A stretch of 64,000 nt of DNA, from positions 1 to 64,000 of IMG/VR virus record IMGVR_UViG_3300010388_000214; one strand, given 5' to 3'. The translations under genes and the position numbers were made by a program. This document shows, piece by piece, positions 32,361-41,054 of the stretch; the stretch's first letter is position 1; every line of letters starts with the position of its first letter. This DNA is from a virus. Lineage: Duplodnaviria; Caudoviricetes. The notes under the pieces were generated by a model. It ran no database searches. It was not told where the DNA came from and saw nothing but the letters and a program-made list of their open reading frames with translations.

Positions 32361-33380
32361 CTATGCGGTAGCTAGTTGAACAACCTTGAGCAAACGGTTC
32401 TTCTCTGCGTTGATAGCAGGGTCAAAGCCAGATGCGGAAGCCAAGACTGATTCGTTGTTACCCTTGCGACCAGAACGGTACCAGTCGAGACGCTCAGTCA
32501 TTGCGTTGAACGCACCCCAAGCGGTTCCACTAATCATGTGGTTGAACTCACCCTGATAGATGTCCTCAATCAGTTCCAGCTTGGTCTGCCACTTGGACAG
32601 AGAACCCTTAGAGTCTTTCTCTGGCATGGGGTAAGCAAGAGCAACGATTTCGTCAAACTTAGCCTTAGAGATTTCAGTCTCAATCATAGCCTTTGCCATG
32701 ATGTCGAATTCATCCATGTATGCGTTAGCAAGTCCCAAAGCCTCACGAGCTGCGATAACTTTACCCTCAGCGGTCTGAGTGTGACGAATCTTGAACGACT
32801 GCTTGATGTTACGGTTGCGACCTACACCACCACCGATAGCAAGGTTCAGAGTGTTAGCACAGACAACACGCACAGGGGTGATGCTTGCCTGAATCGCTAC
32901 AGAACCGTCATGAGATGTGTTGACGAGGAGGTAGGTGTTTACCTTGTCACCAACACCGTTAGGGTCTAGGACAGTCTCACGCTCAAGAGCAATGGAACCA
33001 AACACCTGACGACCACCCTTGATAGAACCAGCAGTCTCCCAGCGACCACCACCGTCTAGGATGTTGTCACCAAATGAGAACAGGTCTTCATTCTGGAGGG
33101 TACGGTAACGCTCACCAACAACGCCAAGCACGTCAGTCTGCTTCTTGTCGAATGGGTTAGAGCGAGCAACAAAATAGTTAGTCTTGTCTGAGGTAAAGTT
33201 CTCAGGCATAGGGATTTCTTCAAGACGAACATTCCAGTTGTCCAAGTGTGCCAACTCTAGCATCTTGGTTGTGTTTACTTCTTCCTCGAACACAGTACCC
33301 AAACCATGCCAAGCTGGTTCACGGAAAGAGGCAAAGGTAGTCTTGCCAGTTACTGAGTCGATTTCTAGTTCGTGTGCCAT
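32361..33380 (-). CDS. DUF932 (phage/plasmid-like TIGR03299) protein
   Basis: PAWHGLG, LGVVGERY..LQN, ETAGSIKGG, SHDGS, VRVVCANTL, GTAWGAFNA.TE. Confidence 0.88.
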   Translation of the reverse strand: MAHELEIDSVTGKTTFASFREPAWHGLGTVFEEEVNTTKMLELAHLDNWNVRLEEIPMPENFTSDKTNYFVARSNPFDKKQTDVLGVVGERYRTLQNEDLFSFGDNILDGGGRWETAGSIKGGRQVFGSIALERETVLDPNGVGDKVNTYLLVNTSHDGSVAIQASITPVRVVCANTLNLAIGGGVGRNRNIKQSFKIRHTQTAEGKVIAAREALGLANAYMDEFDIMAKAMIETEISKAKFDEIVALAYPMPEKDSKGSLSKWQTKLELIEDIYQGEFNHMISGTAWGAFNAMTERLDWYRSGRKGNNESVLASASGFDPAINAEKNRLLKVVQLATA

Positions 33381-33522
33381 GTGGCTACTTCTTTCTTTAG
33401 GGGATGAATTGCTTACTTATATAAGTATGACAGTGTTTAGCTATCTTGTCAACCATCTGGGGGGTATTTTCTTACCTTCGTAATTAAACTGTTACATTCG
33501 GGGGGCCGCAGGGTATTTAGAG

Positions 33523-33552
33523 TGAGCAGTTTCAGATCAATGCTCAGGACCT
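33523..33552 (-). ncRNA. small pseudoknot motif, copy 3
   Basis: AGGUC-C-UGAGCA-UU-GAUCU-GAAAC-UGCUCA. Confidence 0.6.
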
Positions 33553-33613
33553 GGCCTAGGGGAAAGAAAGGAATAAGAACCCTAGGCCATCATCGGTAAC
33601 CCCTTACCGAGAA

Positions 33614-33808
33614 TTAAAACAAACGTTGCTTGTGGTCCAGAAAGGTACCAGTAATGAATGCACGTACATGTGCGTAAGCTTCTGCACGTCCTTCTTCATA
33701 TGCAGCTTCGAAAGGACATCCGTCGGTCTCTTGTTCATTCATCGACTCAACAGCTTCGTCTTCCTTCTTGTGGAAGTACTGCAGCAGCTCAGATACTAGT
33801 TCATCCAT
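33614..33808 (-). CDS. hypothetical protein
   Basis: Coupled ORF; YEEGRAEAY. Confidence 0.6.
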   Translation of the reverse strand: MDELVSELLQYFHKKEDEAVESMNEQETDGCPFEAAYEEGRAEAYAHVRAFITGTFLDHKQRLF

Positions 33809-34005
33809 TAGTTGCCTACGAATTCAACTACAGTGTCAGCTTCTTGGTACTCGACCATGTCAAGCTTTTCTTCAGTGATATCAAACTCAGGCCAGTAATC
33901 AGCATCCTCGTTACCCTGCGAGACGTGAAAGATTGCAAGAGCTTCGTCTTCACTGTCCGCCTGCACGGAATAGGTATTGCCAGATGTTATAAAGTATGTA
34001 GCCAT
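33808..34005 (-). CDS. hypothetical acidic protein
   Basis: AGAAGG SD; VQADSEDEAL. Confidence 0.6.
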   Translation of the reverse strand: MATYFITSGNTYSVQADSEDEALAIFHVSQGNEDADYWPEFDITEEKLDMVEYQEADTVVEFVGN

Positions 34006-34145
34006 GTTGGCCTTCTTTCTTTGTCGGTAATACAAGTATGACAGCTGTGGGGGGTATTTGTCAACCTTCGTAACCTAAACGTTACATTTGCGAGGGGCCG
34101 CCCAAATCCCCTAGCCATCACGACAAACGATCAACTAGGGGTGGG

Positions 34146-34209
34146 TGAGCAGTTTTTATTCCACCAGCATACTCAGGCTAATGAGGCAGTTTTATCTCAT
34201 ACCCAGGAG
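34146..34209 (-). ncRNA. small pseudoknot motif, tandem copies 4 and 5
   Basis: CUC-CU-GGGUA-U-GAG-AUAAAAC-UGCCU then UAGC-C-UGAGUA-U-GCUG...AAAAAC-UGCUCA. Confidence 0.6.
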
Positions 34210-34215
34210 TAATTA

Positions 34216-34659
34216 CTAGAGTAGGTCAATCACCGTGTTGTAGGTAGTTGCCGAGACTTCCTCCTGAGAGGTCATCTTCAGTACCTTTAGGTTACGCTCT
34301 AGCAGGGACTTGCGTGTCGTATACTCACGACCAAAGTGCTGTGACTCATTTGGCTTGCTTGGTTCTTTGGGTGCTTCTGGCAAACCAAGCAGGTCAGAGT
34401 TCACGCTAACACGAACAGAGTTACCGTATTCATTTGATACACGGATAGGCGAGTCATACTCGTTGCCAATTAGTTCTGGCTTACCAAGTGCTTTGATAAC
34501 AGCCTCAACAACTGCTTTCTGGTGGTCTGCCTTAGCCTTGCGGTACTCCTCCATTTGAGCAGGGTACACAGCCAAGTCAGCCTCAATCTTAGCAAGAGAT
34601 GCCTCAATGTCAGCAATGAGAGATGCGGTAGGGATTTTCACAGAGAGTGAACGAGCCAT
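34216..34659 (-). CDS. hypothetical protein
   Basis: 147-aa ORF with typical codon use. Confidence 0.75.
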   Translation of the reverse strand: MARSLSVKIPTASLIADIEASLAKIEADLAVYPAQMEEYRKAKADHQKAVVEAVIKALGKPELIGNEYDSPIRVSNEYGNSVRVSVNSDLLGLPEAPKEPSKPNESQHFGREYTTRKSLLERNLKVLKMTSQEEVSATTYNTVIDLL

Positions 34660-34699
34660 AATTGTTTATCTACTTTCTTATTTACTAGGGGTTAGTGTC

Positions 34700-34730
34700 T
34701 GGGTAGTTTAGACAGACATACCCAGGTCTG
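34700..34730 (-). ncRNA. small pseudoknot motif, copy 6
   Basis: CAGAC-C-UGGGUA-U-GUCUG-UCUAAAC-UACCCA. Confidence 0.65.
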
Positions 34731-34826
34731 TTTTCCTTTTGGAAAGTGTGTAGGTGGGGGTCTGGCTAGACACGGCTACCTCTCGGAAACCAGACATTAC
34801 GGGTAGCGAACCCACCTACGGTTAGA

Positions 34827-34973
34827 CTACTTTACGGTAGTCCAGCGAGTGTCACCGTTTGCGAGGGTGAGACGAACACGGCTTGAGCCAGTTGCGTTCT
34901 TCACGATTTCCTCAACGATACCCGATACACCAGATGCCTGAGTGGTAAAGGTTTCTCCGATTACTGCGTTCAT
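34827..34973 (-). CDS. small beta-rich protein (48 aa, not in ORF track)
   Basis: AAGGA SD; MNAVIGETFTTQASGVSGIVEEI...RWTTVK; TTGACA-N17-CATACT promoter upstream. Confidence 0.65.
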   Translation of the reverse strand: MNAVIGETFTTQASGVSGIVEEIVKNATGSSRVRLTLANGDTRWTTVK

Positions 34974-35140
34974 TTTATTACTGCTTCCTTGTAGTGAGCC
35001 AACTTTGACTGATTTGTTTTACCAAGTCGTTTACTTGATATATCTAGTATGACATCAAATCTGGGGGGTGTCAAGCCTTATCGTAACCTTTTTTATAACA
35101 GGTTGGTAACGGTCGGGGGCCGATCCCCGTTGGGGGTAGC

Positions 35141-35701
35141 CTATGAAGCACTACCCCGAACGATGACCCAGATAAGAGCTTGAGCAGTACGAGGTGTCAG
35201 ACCAAACTCTCCTGCAACTTTACGCACAGCACGAGACAGTTCTACATACTGAGACTGAGAGGGGGAGTCAGTTCCCAGGTTAGCTGCACGACACATCCAA
35301 ATGTCAATAACTACAGCGTCTTTGTCACCTGCAATAGCACGAGCGAATGCATTAGTCTTTGGACCTTTGAGAGCGTCAAACCCTAAGTCAATGCTAGTCT
35401 GTGCCATTTTGTAGTTGTTAGGCAAACCCTTTACCTCATGACCAAGCGAGAATGCAATAGCCTTAGAGATATTACTAGCCCAACGCTCACGAGGTGAGAA
35501 TGCAGAGACAACGCTTGCACCAACTTCAAGTGTGGTGTTTAGGTTGCGAGCAACTTCTTCTGCAACTTCTTCTGCATCCCGATACCAGACACTAGCCTCT
35601 TCGACCTGACCGAGAGTAGCATTCATGAGTAGGTTGCGATACATGCCAGTGTAGTTCTTGATACGGGTGGTTACTTCTGGCTTTACGATTGTGGTTGTCA
35701 T
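35141..35701 (-). CDS. hypothetical protein, possible HhH-glycosylase-like fold
   Basis: WY, SAFSPR..W..N, GPKT.AF, VVIDIWM, QALIW. Confidence 0.6.
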   Translation of the reverse strand: MTTTIVKPEVTTRIKNYTGMYRNLLMNATLGQVEEASVWYRDAEEVAEEVARNLNTTLEVGASVVSAFSPRERWASNISKAIAFSLGHEVKGLPNNYKMAQTSIDLGFDALKGPKTNAFARAIAGDKDAVVIDIWMCRAANLGTDSPSQSQYVELSRAVRKVAGEFGLTPRTAQALIWVIVRGSAS

Positions 35702-35844
35702 GGGGTGTTCCTTTCCTTATATAAATAACTATACAGTTACCCACGGACATTTGCAAGGGTATTCTTAACTATCTTAATAACGAATAGGTAACGGATCAGC
35801 GGCCCCCGTGGGGGTAGAGAAGTCAATCCCCACCCCCAATGGTA

Positions 35845-36327
35845 TTACCAAGAAGCCTGATATATAAATGAAATATCGCTTGTGATAGTTTTGTCTAGCA
35901 GAGTCTTCAACTCTTTCTTAGTACGCTTGAGGTCTTCCCAGTACCACTTGTCTATTTCAGTAGAACCAAAGAAGAAACCAGAAACAGGCTCTAACTCAGA
36001 CGTATCTTTAGTTGCGATAACATCTGTAACAGTAAACAGCAACTCTTCCAACCTCTCACGGCTAACATAAACAGGCTGGCACTCGTCTACACCGTTAGCA
36101 CAGTTAGTGATAAACCAGTTATGGATTTGGTTAGACTTACGCCAATAGATAGCAGTCTCAGTTACAGACAGGCCAACGCTTTCGTCTGAGGCTAGGCTGT
36201 TGAGGTTTGAGGCGGTAAGAACTTCGAGATAGTCTCGGTTCTTCTCACGCTGATAGTCACCATCTACAACCTTGTAGTTGTTAGCAGGAATAAACTTACG
36301 GACTTCCAGGTACATATCGAGACCCAT
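35845..36327 (-). CDS. conserved phage protein (MGLDMYL family)
   Basis: MGLDMYL, YWRK.NQIH.WF, GFFFGS, YQASW. Confidence 0.75.
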   Translation of the reverse strand: MGLDMYLEVRKFIPANNYKVVDGDYQREKNRDYLEVLTASNLNSLASDESVGLSVTETAIYWRKSNQIHNWFITNCANGVDECQPVYVSRERLEELLFTVTDVIATKDTSELEPVSGFFFGSTEIDKWYWEDLKRTKKELKTLLDKTITSDISFIYQASW

Positions 36328-36544
36328 TAGGGACTCCTTTCTTTTGAGGTTTGGTTACAGTTTAGCAGTACCCACGGACATTAGTCAAGGTCATCTACTA
36401 AAATAATTTCTTTGTTGAACTGGATTGCTTCCTCTAGCATATGGAGCATACCCAATTCTTTTGAGGTCAGGTTGTGGGTGGTGAACAGGTCTGTGGGGGT
36501 ACCAGTCTCAGTGTCCACTACTCGGATAAATAGGTCTAGTGCCA

Positions 36545-36748
36545 TTAGTTCTTATACTCCCTAATTGTAAATTCTTCTGTACCGTTTTCTAGTGCATCTT
36601 CATATTCTTCGACAGTACTGAAATAATAAAACACACCGTCGTCATTTACTTCTGAGTAATCAGTAATAAAGTCATCAGAGATAACGACATAAGTAAAAAA
36701 CTCGTCTCGTGGGTCATCTCGCCAAGTGACTAGGACTTCCTTTTCCAT
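36545..36748 (-). CDS. hypothetical acidic protein
   Basis: AAGGAG SD. Confidence 0.6.
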   Translation of the reverse strand: MEKEVLVTWRDDPRDEFFTYVVISDDFITDYSEVNDDGVFYYFSTVEEYEDALENGTEEFTIREYKN

Positions 36749-37095
36749 TATGCATACTCCTTGATTGCTCGGTTCTTTACAGTGCTACGGGTTCGCAGTC
36801 TGTTTGGTCGGTTGTCATGTGTGCCAGAGGCATTGGACTTACGCAGTTCACGCATACCAATAATGTATGCCGTGTTCTGAATTTTCTGGGGTGGTTTCGC
36901 TTTCTTCATAAACTAATTATGACATGACCCACTGACATTCCCGATTTTGGGGGGCCGCCCGAAGGCCCATTCTAGATGAATTCGAATGGGTCTCGGTCTT
37001 GGAAGATATCCTCGAAGTCCTGCATGGTATATGCTCCAGGGTTAGCCATGTAGTCTCGGTAGTCTGCCATGATCTCTTCTGCTTGCTCGTCCATA

Positions 37096-37284
37096 TTATC
37101 CTCTCCTAGGTTTTGCTTTTAGTTCTCCACGGTGGAATCTAGTTACAAACTCTCTCGCTGCTGGCCAGTACTCTAGGTTGAATGCTCGCTCATTATGCAT
37201 CTCAACCATATCCAAGGCTAGCTGTTCGATTAGCTTGCGGTCAGTAATGATTACTGGCTTTATGTATGTCTCACGCTTAGTCAT
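37096..37284 (-). CDS. hypothetical protein
   Basis: Coupled ORF. Confidence 0.55.
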   Translation of the reverse strand: MTKRETYIKPVIITDRKLIEQLALDMVEMHNERAFNLEYWPAAREFVTRFHRGELKAKPRRG

Positions 37285-37565
37285 TAGTCTAACTCACTCT
37301 CGATAATCCACATACCCAAGCGGTATGACTCAACGATATCCCAAGCCTTGACCCACTCACTGCCACGGAATGTAACACCCTCTGGCAACTTGATTTTGAG
37401 GTGACCCTCTCCGTCATTCACGGTGTCAATAGCCTCGACTGCTGTATCAACCATCTGCTGAGGAATTGGAGGATAGCAATTCGTCTGGAAGTGTAGGCTA
37501 ATTTGCTGTTCAAGTGTGAAGCCTAGTTCGTCATCTTGAAGTGCTAGTGCTGATAAGTTTCCCAT
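37284..37565 (-). CDS. hypothetical protein
   Basis: AAGGA SD; H...NCYPPIP...LPEGV. Confidence 0.7.
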   Translation of the reverse strand: MGNLSALALQDDELGFTLEQQISLHFQTNCYPPIPQQMVDTAVEAIDTVNDGEGHLKIKLPEGVTFRGSEWVKAWDIVESYRLGMWIIESELD

Positions 37566-37803
37566 TAGTTTTCCTTTTCTTTTGATACTATAAACCTATC
37601 ACAAGCCACGGACATTATCAACGTAATCGTAAGATCTTTTGGTAACAGTTAGATAACGAAGGGCCGCCTCGCACTCCCCTAGAAGGGGAGCTTGAGGTTT
37701 TTGTTTGCTTCTTTTAGTTCGTTTATCTCATTACGCTGAGCAACGATAATGATACCAGCAATGATTAGGCTGAACCACATACCCCAGAACAATAGGTCTA
37801 GCA

Positions 37804-37992
37804 TTAGTTTACCTCCACCTTGTAGCAAGCGTCTACAAACTTTACAGCCAAGAAACGGTCATTGTCCTCAGCAAACATAGCACAGAAGTCGTTCACCATA
37901 TTGTCAAACTTTTCTTCCAAGCCAATAGACATTTCCTGGTAGAAGTCGTTCAGGATTTCAGCGGTAGCAACGTAGTCTTTACGTGTCATCAT
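37804..37992 (-). CDS. hypothetical protein (MTRKDY family)
   Basis: MTRKDY..TAEIL...DNDRF...KF..AC. Confidence 0.7.
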   Translation of the reverse strand: MMTRKDYVATAEILNDFYQEMSIGLEEKFDNMVNDFCAMFAEDNDRFLAVKFVDACYKVEVN

Positions 37993-38280
37993 TTTATTTA
38001 TTTCCTATTCTTAGTTAGCGAATGTGTCGAGAATGTTTTTGTAGGCGTCACGCTTACCGATAAAGTAAGACTTAGAGAGTTCCGAGGCGTAAGGGTCTGC
38101 GATGAAGTCATCAGCAATTTTGATTAGTTCGTTCAGAACCTTTACGGAGAGTGTTACAGTTGTCATTAGTTTTCCTTTCGTTATGTCTAAAGTCTATACC
38201 CACCCACTGACATTCTCAACCCCGACACGCCGTGTTTCTTAAACTTTCTTAAAACTTTTTTGGCGATCGGGGGCCGCTTC

Positions 38281-38529
38281 CTAGTAGTCGTCTCCATAGA
38301 AGCCACCATCGTTTGCTCCACCGTAGTCCTCGTCGTCACCCCAGCCAGCAGAGGCAAGAGCATCGGCATCCATCCAGGACTCGTCAGACCAGTCGTCTGC
38401 GGAGTCAGCGAAGAGGTCTTCCTCACGCTGGTCCTCGTCGGTCAGGAAGATAAGTTCGTTGTCCTCCCCGAGGATTGCGTCTGCCAAGACAGAGGTGTCG
38501 AACTCTTCGATTGCGAGAATGTTGGTCAT
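38281..38529 (-). CDS. extremely acidic small protein
   Basis: GAAAGGA SD; about 27 D/E and one basic residue in 82 aa. Confidence 0.7.
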   Translation of the reverse strand: MTNILAIEEFDTSVLADAILGEDNELIFLTDEDQREEDLFADSADDWSDESWMDADALASAGWGDDEDYGGANDGGFYGDDY

Positions 38530-39224
38530 GAGTTTTCCTTTCGTTGTAAAACAAATCTAACACAAACCACAGACATTTTCAAGCGGTTTGCAGCGTTTAT
38601 CTTAATTAACTTAATAACTTTTTGGTAACGACGGGGGGCCGCCTGTGTATAACTTATCCACAGGTTAACATTCGGGGTACATTCCATAAATTACCTGTGG
38701 GAATACCCCAGGAATATCCCTAGAGTTGTCGATAATTATCTGAGCTTCCTCACGGGTAAAGACAATCTGTGACATTATGTCTTGGAATGTCTTTTCATCT
38801 CTTAGAGTTATTTCATAGCCTAGCTTTTCCATTACTTGAGACCCTTTCCTGCTGGGTGGAGAGCAATAGCACGCTCTAACTCACGGTGCTTTCGCAACTC
38901 AGCAAGTGAGGTGTTGTAGTGAGCAAATTTAGTCTTGAAGCCACATTCTGGGCAAGTGTACTGAGTCATTTCAATTTCCTTTTCTTTGTTATCTAAAGTC
39001 TAGCGGTACCCACGGACATTATGCCTTGAAGGCAGACATTGCCACAATTTTAGTTGTGTACATTTTCTTGGCAATTGCCTGAGCGTGCCAAGTGTTGGAA
39101 GCCATAGCGAATACGGTGAAACGCTCACCTGTTGCTAACTTACCTGAGACTTTGTATTCAATCATTTTTATTTCCTAACTCTTAGTTTCTTTATATCTAA
39201 ACTCTACACCCACCCACGGACATT

Positions 39225-39371
39225 CTAACTGTTGTAGTCGAAACATACATTCTGGTTAGGATATTCCAATTCGAATTCTTTACGCTTAGCGTCTACGGTA
39301 TCGCGATCGCGACCCCAGAATTCGTTTAGCAACTTTCCAGTTCCTCTTTCAATTACTTGTACAATCCACAT
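39225..39371 (-). CDS. hypothetical protein
   Basis: GAAAGGA SD. Confidence 0.5.
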   Translation of the reverse strand: MWIVQVIERGTGKLLNEFWGRDRDTVDAKRKEFELEYPNQNVCFDYNS

Positions 39372-39539
39372 ATTTGGATTCCTTTCTCTTAGATTCTTTT
39401 TCTTACTTTCTTTATATCTAAAGTCTATACCCACCCACTGACATTTTGGGGTGCGACACGCCGTAACGTAAGAAAAAACTTATCCACAAAGTTATCCACA
39501 GGGGGCCGCCAAATCGGCGGTATGTCAAGTGACACGCCG

Positions 39540-39719
39540 TTAGTCACCAATCATTTTACGATAGGCGTTGAAGACATCCTTGTCAGTGTACTGACTCTGT
39601 GCCGATAGCAATTCGTCATACTTAGCCTGACTTGCTTTCCAGATACGACCGTCATCTGACATAGCATCTTCAAAAGCACGCATCTTTGCCGATAGTAGGC
39701 TTTTCATTAGTTCATCCAT
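39540..39719 (-). CDS. hypothetical protein
   Basis: GAAAGGA SD. Confidence 0.55.
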   Translation of the reverse strand: MDELMKSLLSAKMRAFEDAMSDDGRIWKASQAKYDELLSAQSQYTDKDVFNAYRKMIGD

Positions 39720-39735
39720 TTTGGAATCCTTTCTT

Positions 39736-39879
39736 TTAGTTACGAACACGGCTAATTGAAACCGAGTAAAAGTCATCACGAGCATAAGCCCGTTCGATGG
39801 CTTCGGCTTCATTGAAACCTACGAACATAGTTTCGTGAACGAAACCACCATCTTTTTCTTTGATAATTACTTTGAACAT
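39736..39879 (-). CDS. hypothetical protein
   Basis: AAAGGAG SD. Confidence 0.55.
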   Translation of the reverse strand: MFKVIIKEKDGGFVHETMFVGFNEAEAIERAYARDDFYSVSISRVRN

Positions 39880-40841
39880 TTTAGTTCTCCTTTCTAAGAG
39901 ACTTTCTTTTTTATTTCCATATTTAGTTTTTCTTTCTATATTTACATAGTAACAGTACCCACTGACATTTTGGGGCATTTTCGGGGGGTTTTTGGTAACG
40001 GAATTATAACGAAGTTATACACAGAGTTATCCACAGGGGGCCGCCAATTTTGGCGGTATGTCAAGTCGACACGCCGTTAGTCCCAATAACTACTATTGGA
40101 TCGACCATATGAGTTAGTCCACCAGGTAGGCACACTGTATTCGTTATCGATTGATTCTGTAGTTGTTTCATTATCCATATTAGTTATCTTCTTTCATTAG
40201 TTCTACTTGTACGCCTAGCAGTTCTTCTGCTGACATATCCTCTATATCGATTACACCTTCTGGTGTGAGTATCTTGAAGAATCCCATTAGAATTCGCAAC
40301 CATATGCGTCTAGGCATATCTTGCAGGATTCTTCCTGACATTCATTACAGAATACTGATTCTGTATAGTTATCACAGATATCGCAAAACGCTAATCCAAT
40401 TTCATTTAGTAAGTTCATTATGAACTCCTTTCTTTAGTGAGAATCTTATTTGCTTATTTCTAAGGCTCATATTCTCTATTTATTTTTTCTTTCTTTCTTT
40501 ATATTATCAGTCTATACCCTATCCCAGAAAAAGCAAGCCCAAAAGCCACAAAATTTCAGCCTATTTTTTGTAGGCTACTTACAAGAGTTATCCACATAGT
40601 TATCCACAGGCGGCCCCTCATTTGCCAGGGTATGTCAAGGCAACACGCCGATGATGATAAGAATAGTATTGATCAGTAGCAAGGCTATACATACCCACCC
40701 TGCTACCCCACCTACCCTATCCAAGAGACCACACACCCAAGATGAATGCATAGAAGCCTAGCATTATCAAGAACATCATTCCTGTATAGACAATGCCACG
40801 AACAAATCCACGTACGAGATAGTATAGCTTAGAGTGTTCCA

Positions 40842-41054
40842 TTAGAACTCCTTCGATTCAATGTGTTCCCATACTGCACCAACAAGACCACCAAGGCAAG
40901 AGACAGCAACTACACCAAGCATCCAAGTGATAGCAATCGGTGCCATACTCTGAGTGATAGGAGTGTAGTCAATGCTTGATGCCCAATCGAATGAGAAGGC
41001 AAAGCTTGTGATGAAGAGTGATGCTAGTACAATCATTAGTGCTACGAGTTTCAT
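40842..41054 (-). CDS. small membrane protein
   Basis: Two hydrophobic segments; first gene after the 41086 promoter. Confidence 0.6.
   Translation of the reverse strand: MKLVALMIVLASLFITSFAFSFDWASSIDYTPITQSMAPIAITWMLGVVAVSCLGGLVGAVWEHIESKEF

Larger units (their letters stand above)
32305..40617. repeat. dispersed GGGGGCCGC cassette-boundary motif, 12 copies
   Basis: 32305(rc), 33500, 34094, 35115, 35799(rc), 36949, 37661, 38269, 38633, 39501, 40036, 40610(rc); all intergenic. Confidence 0.85.
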
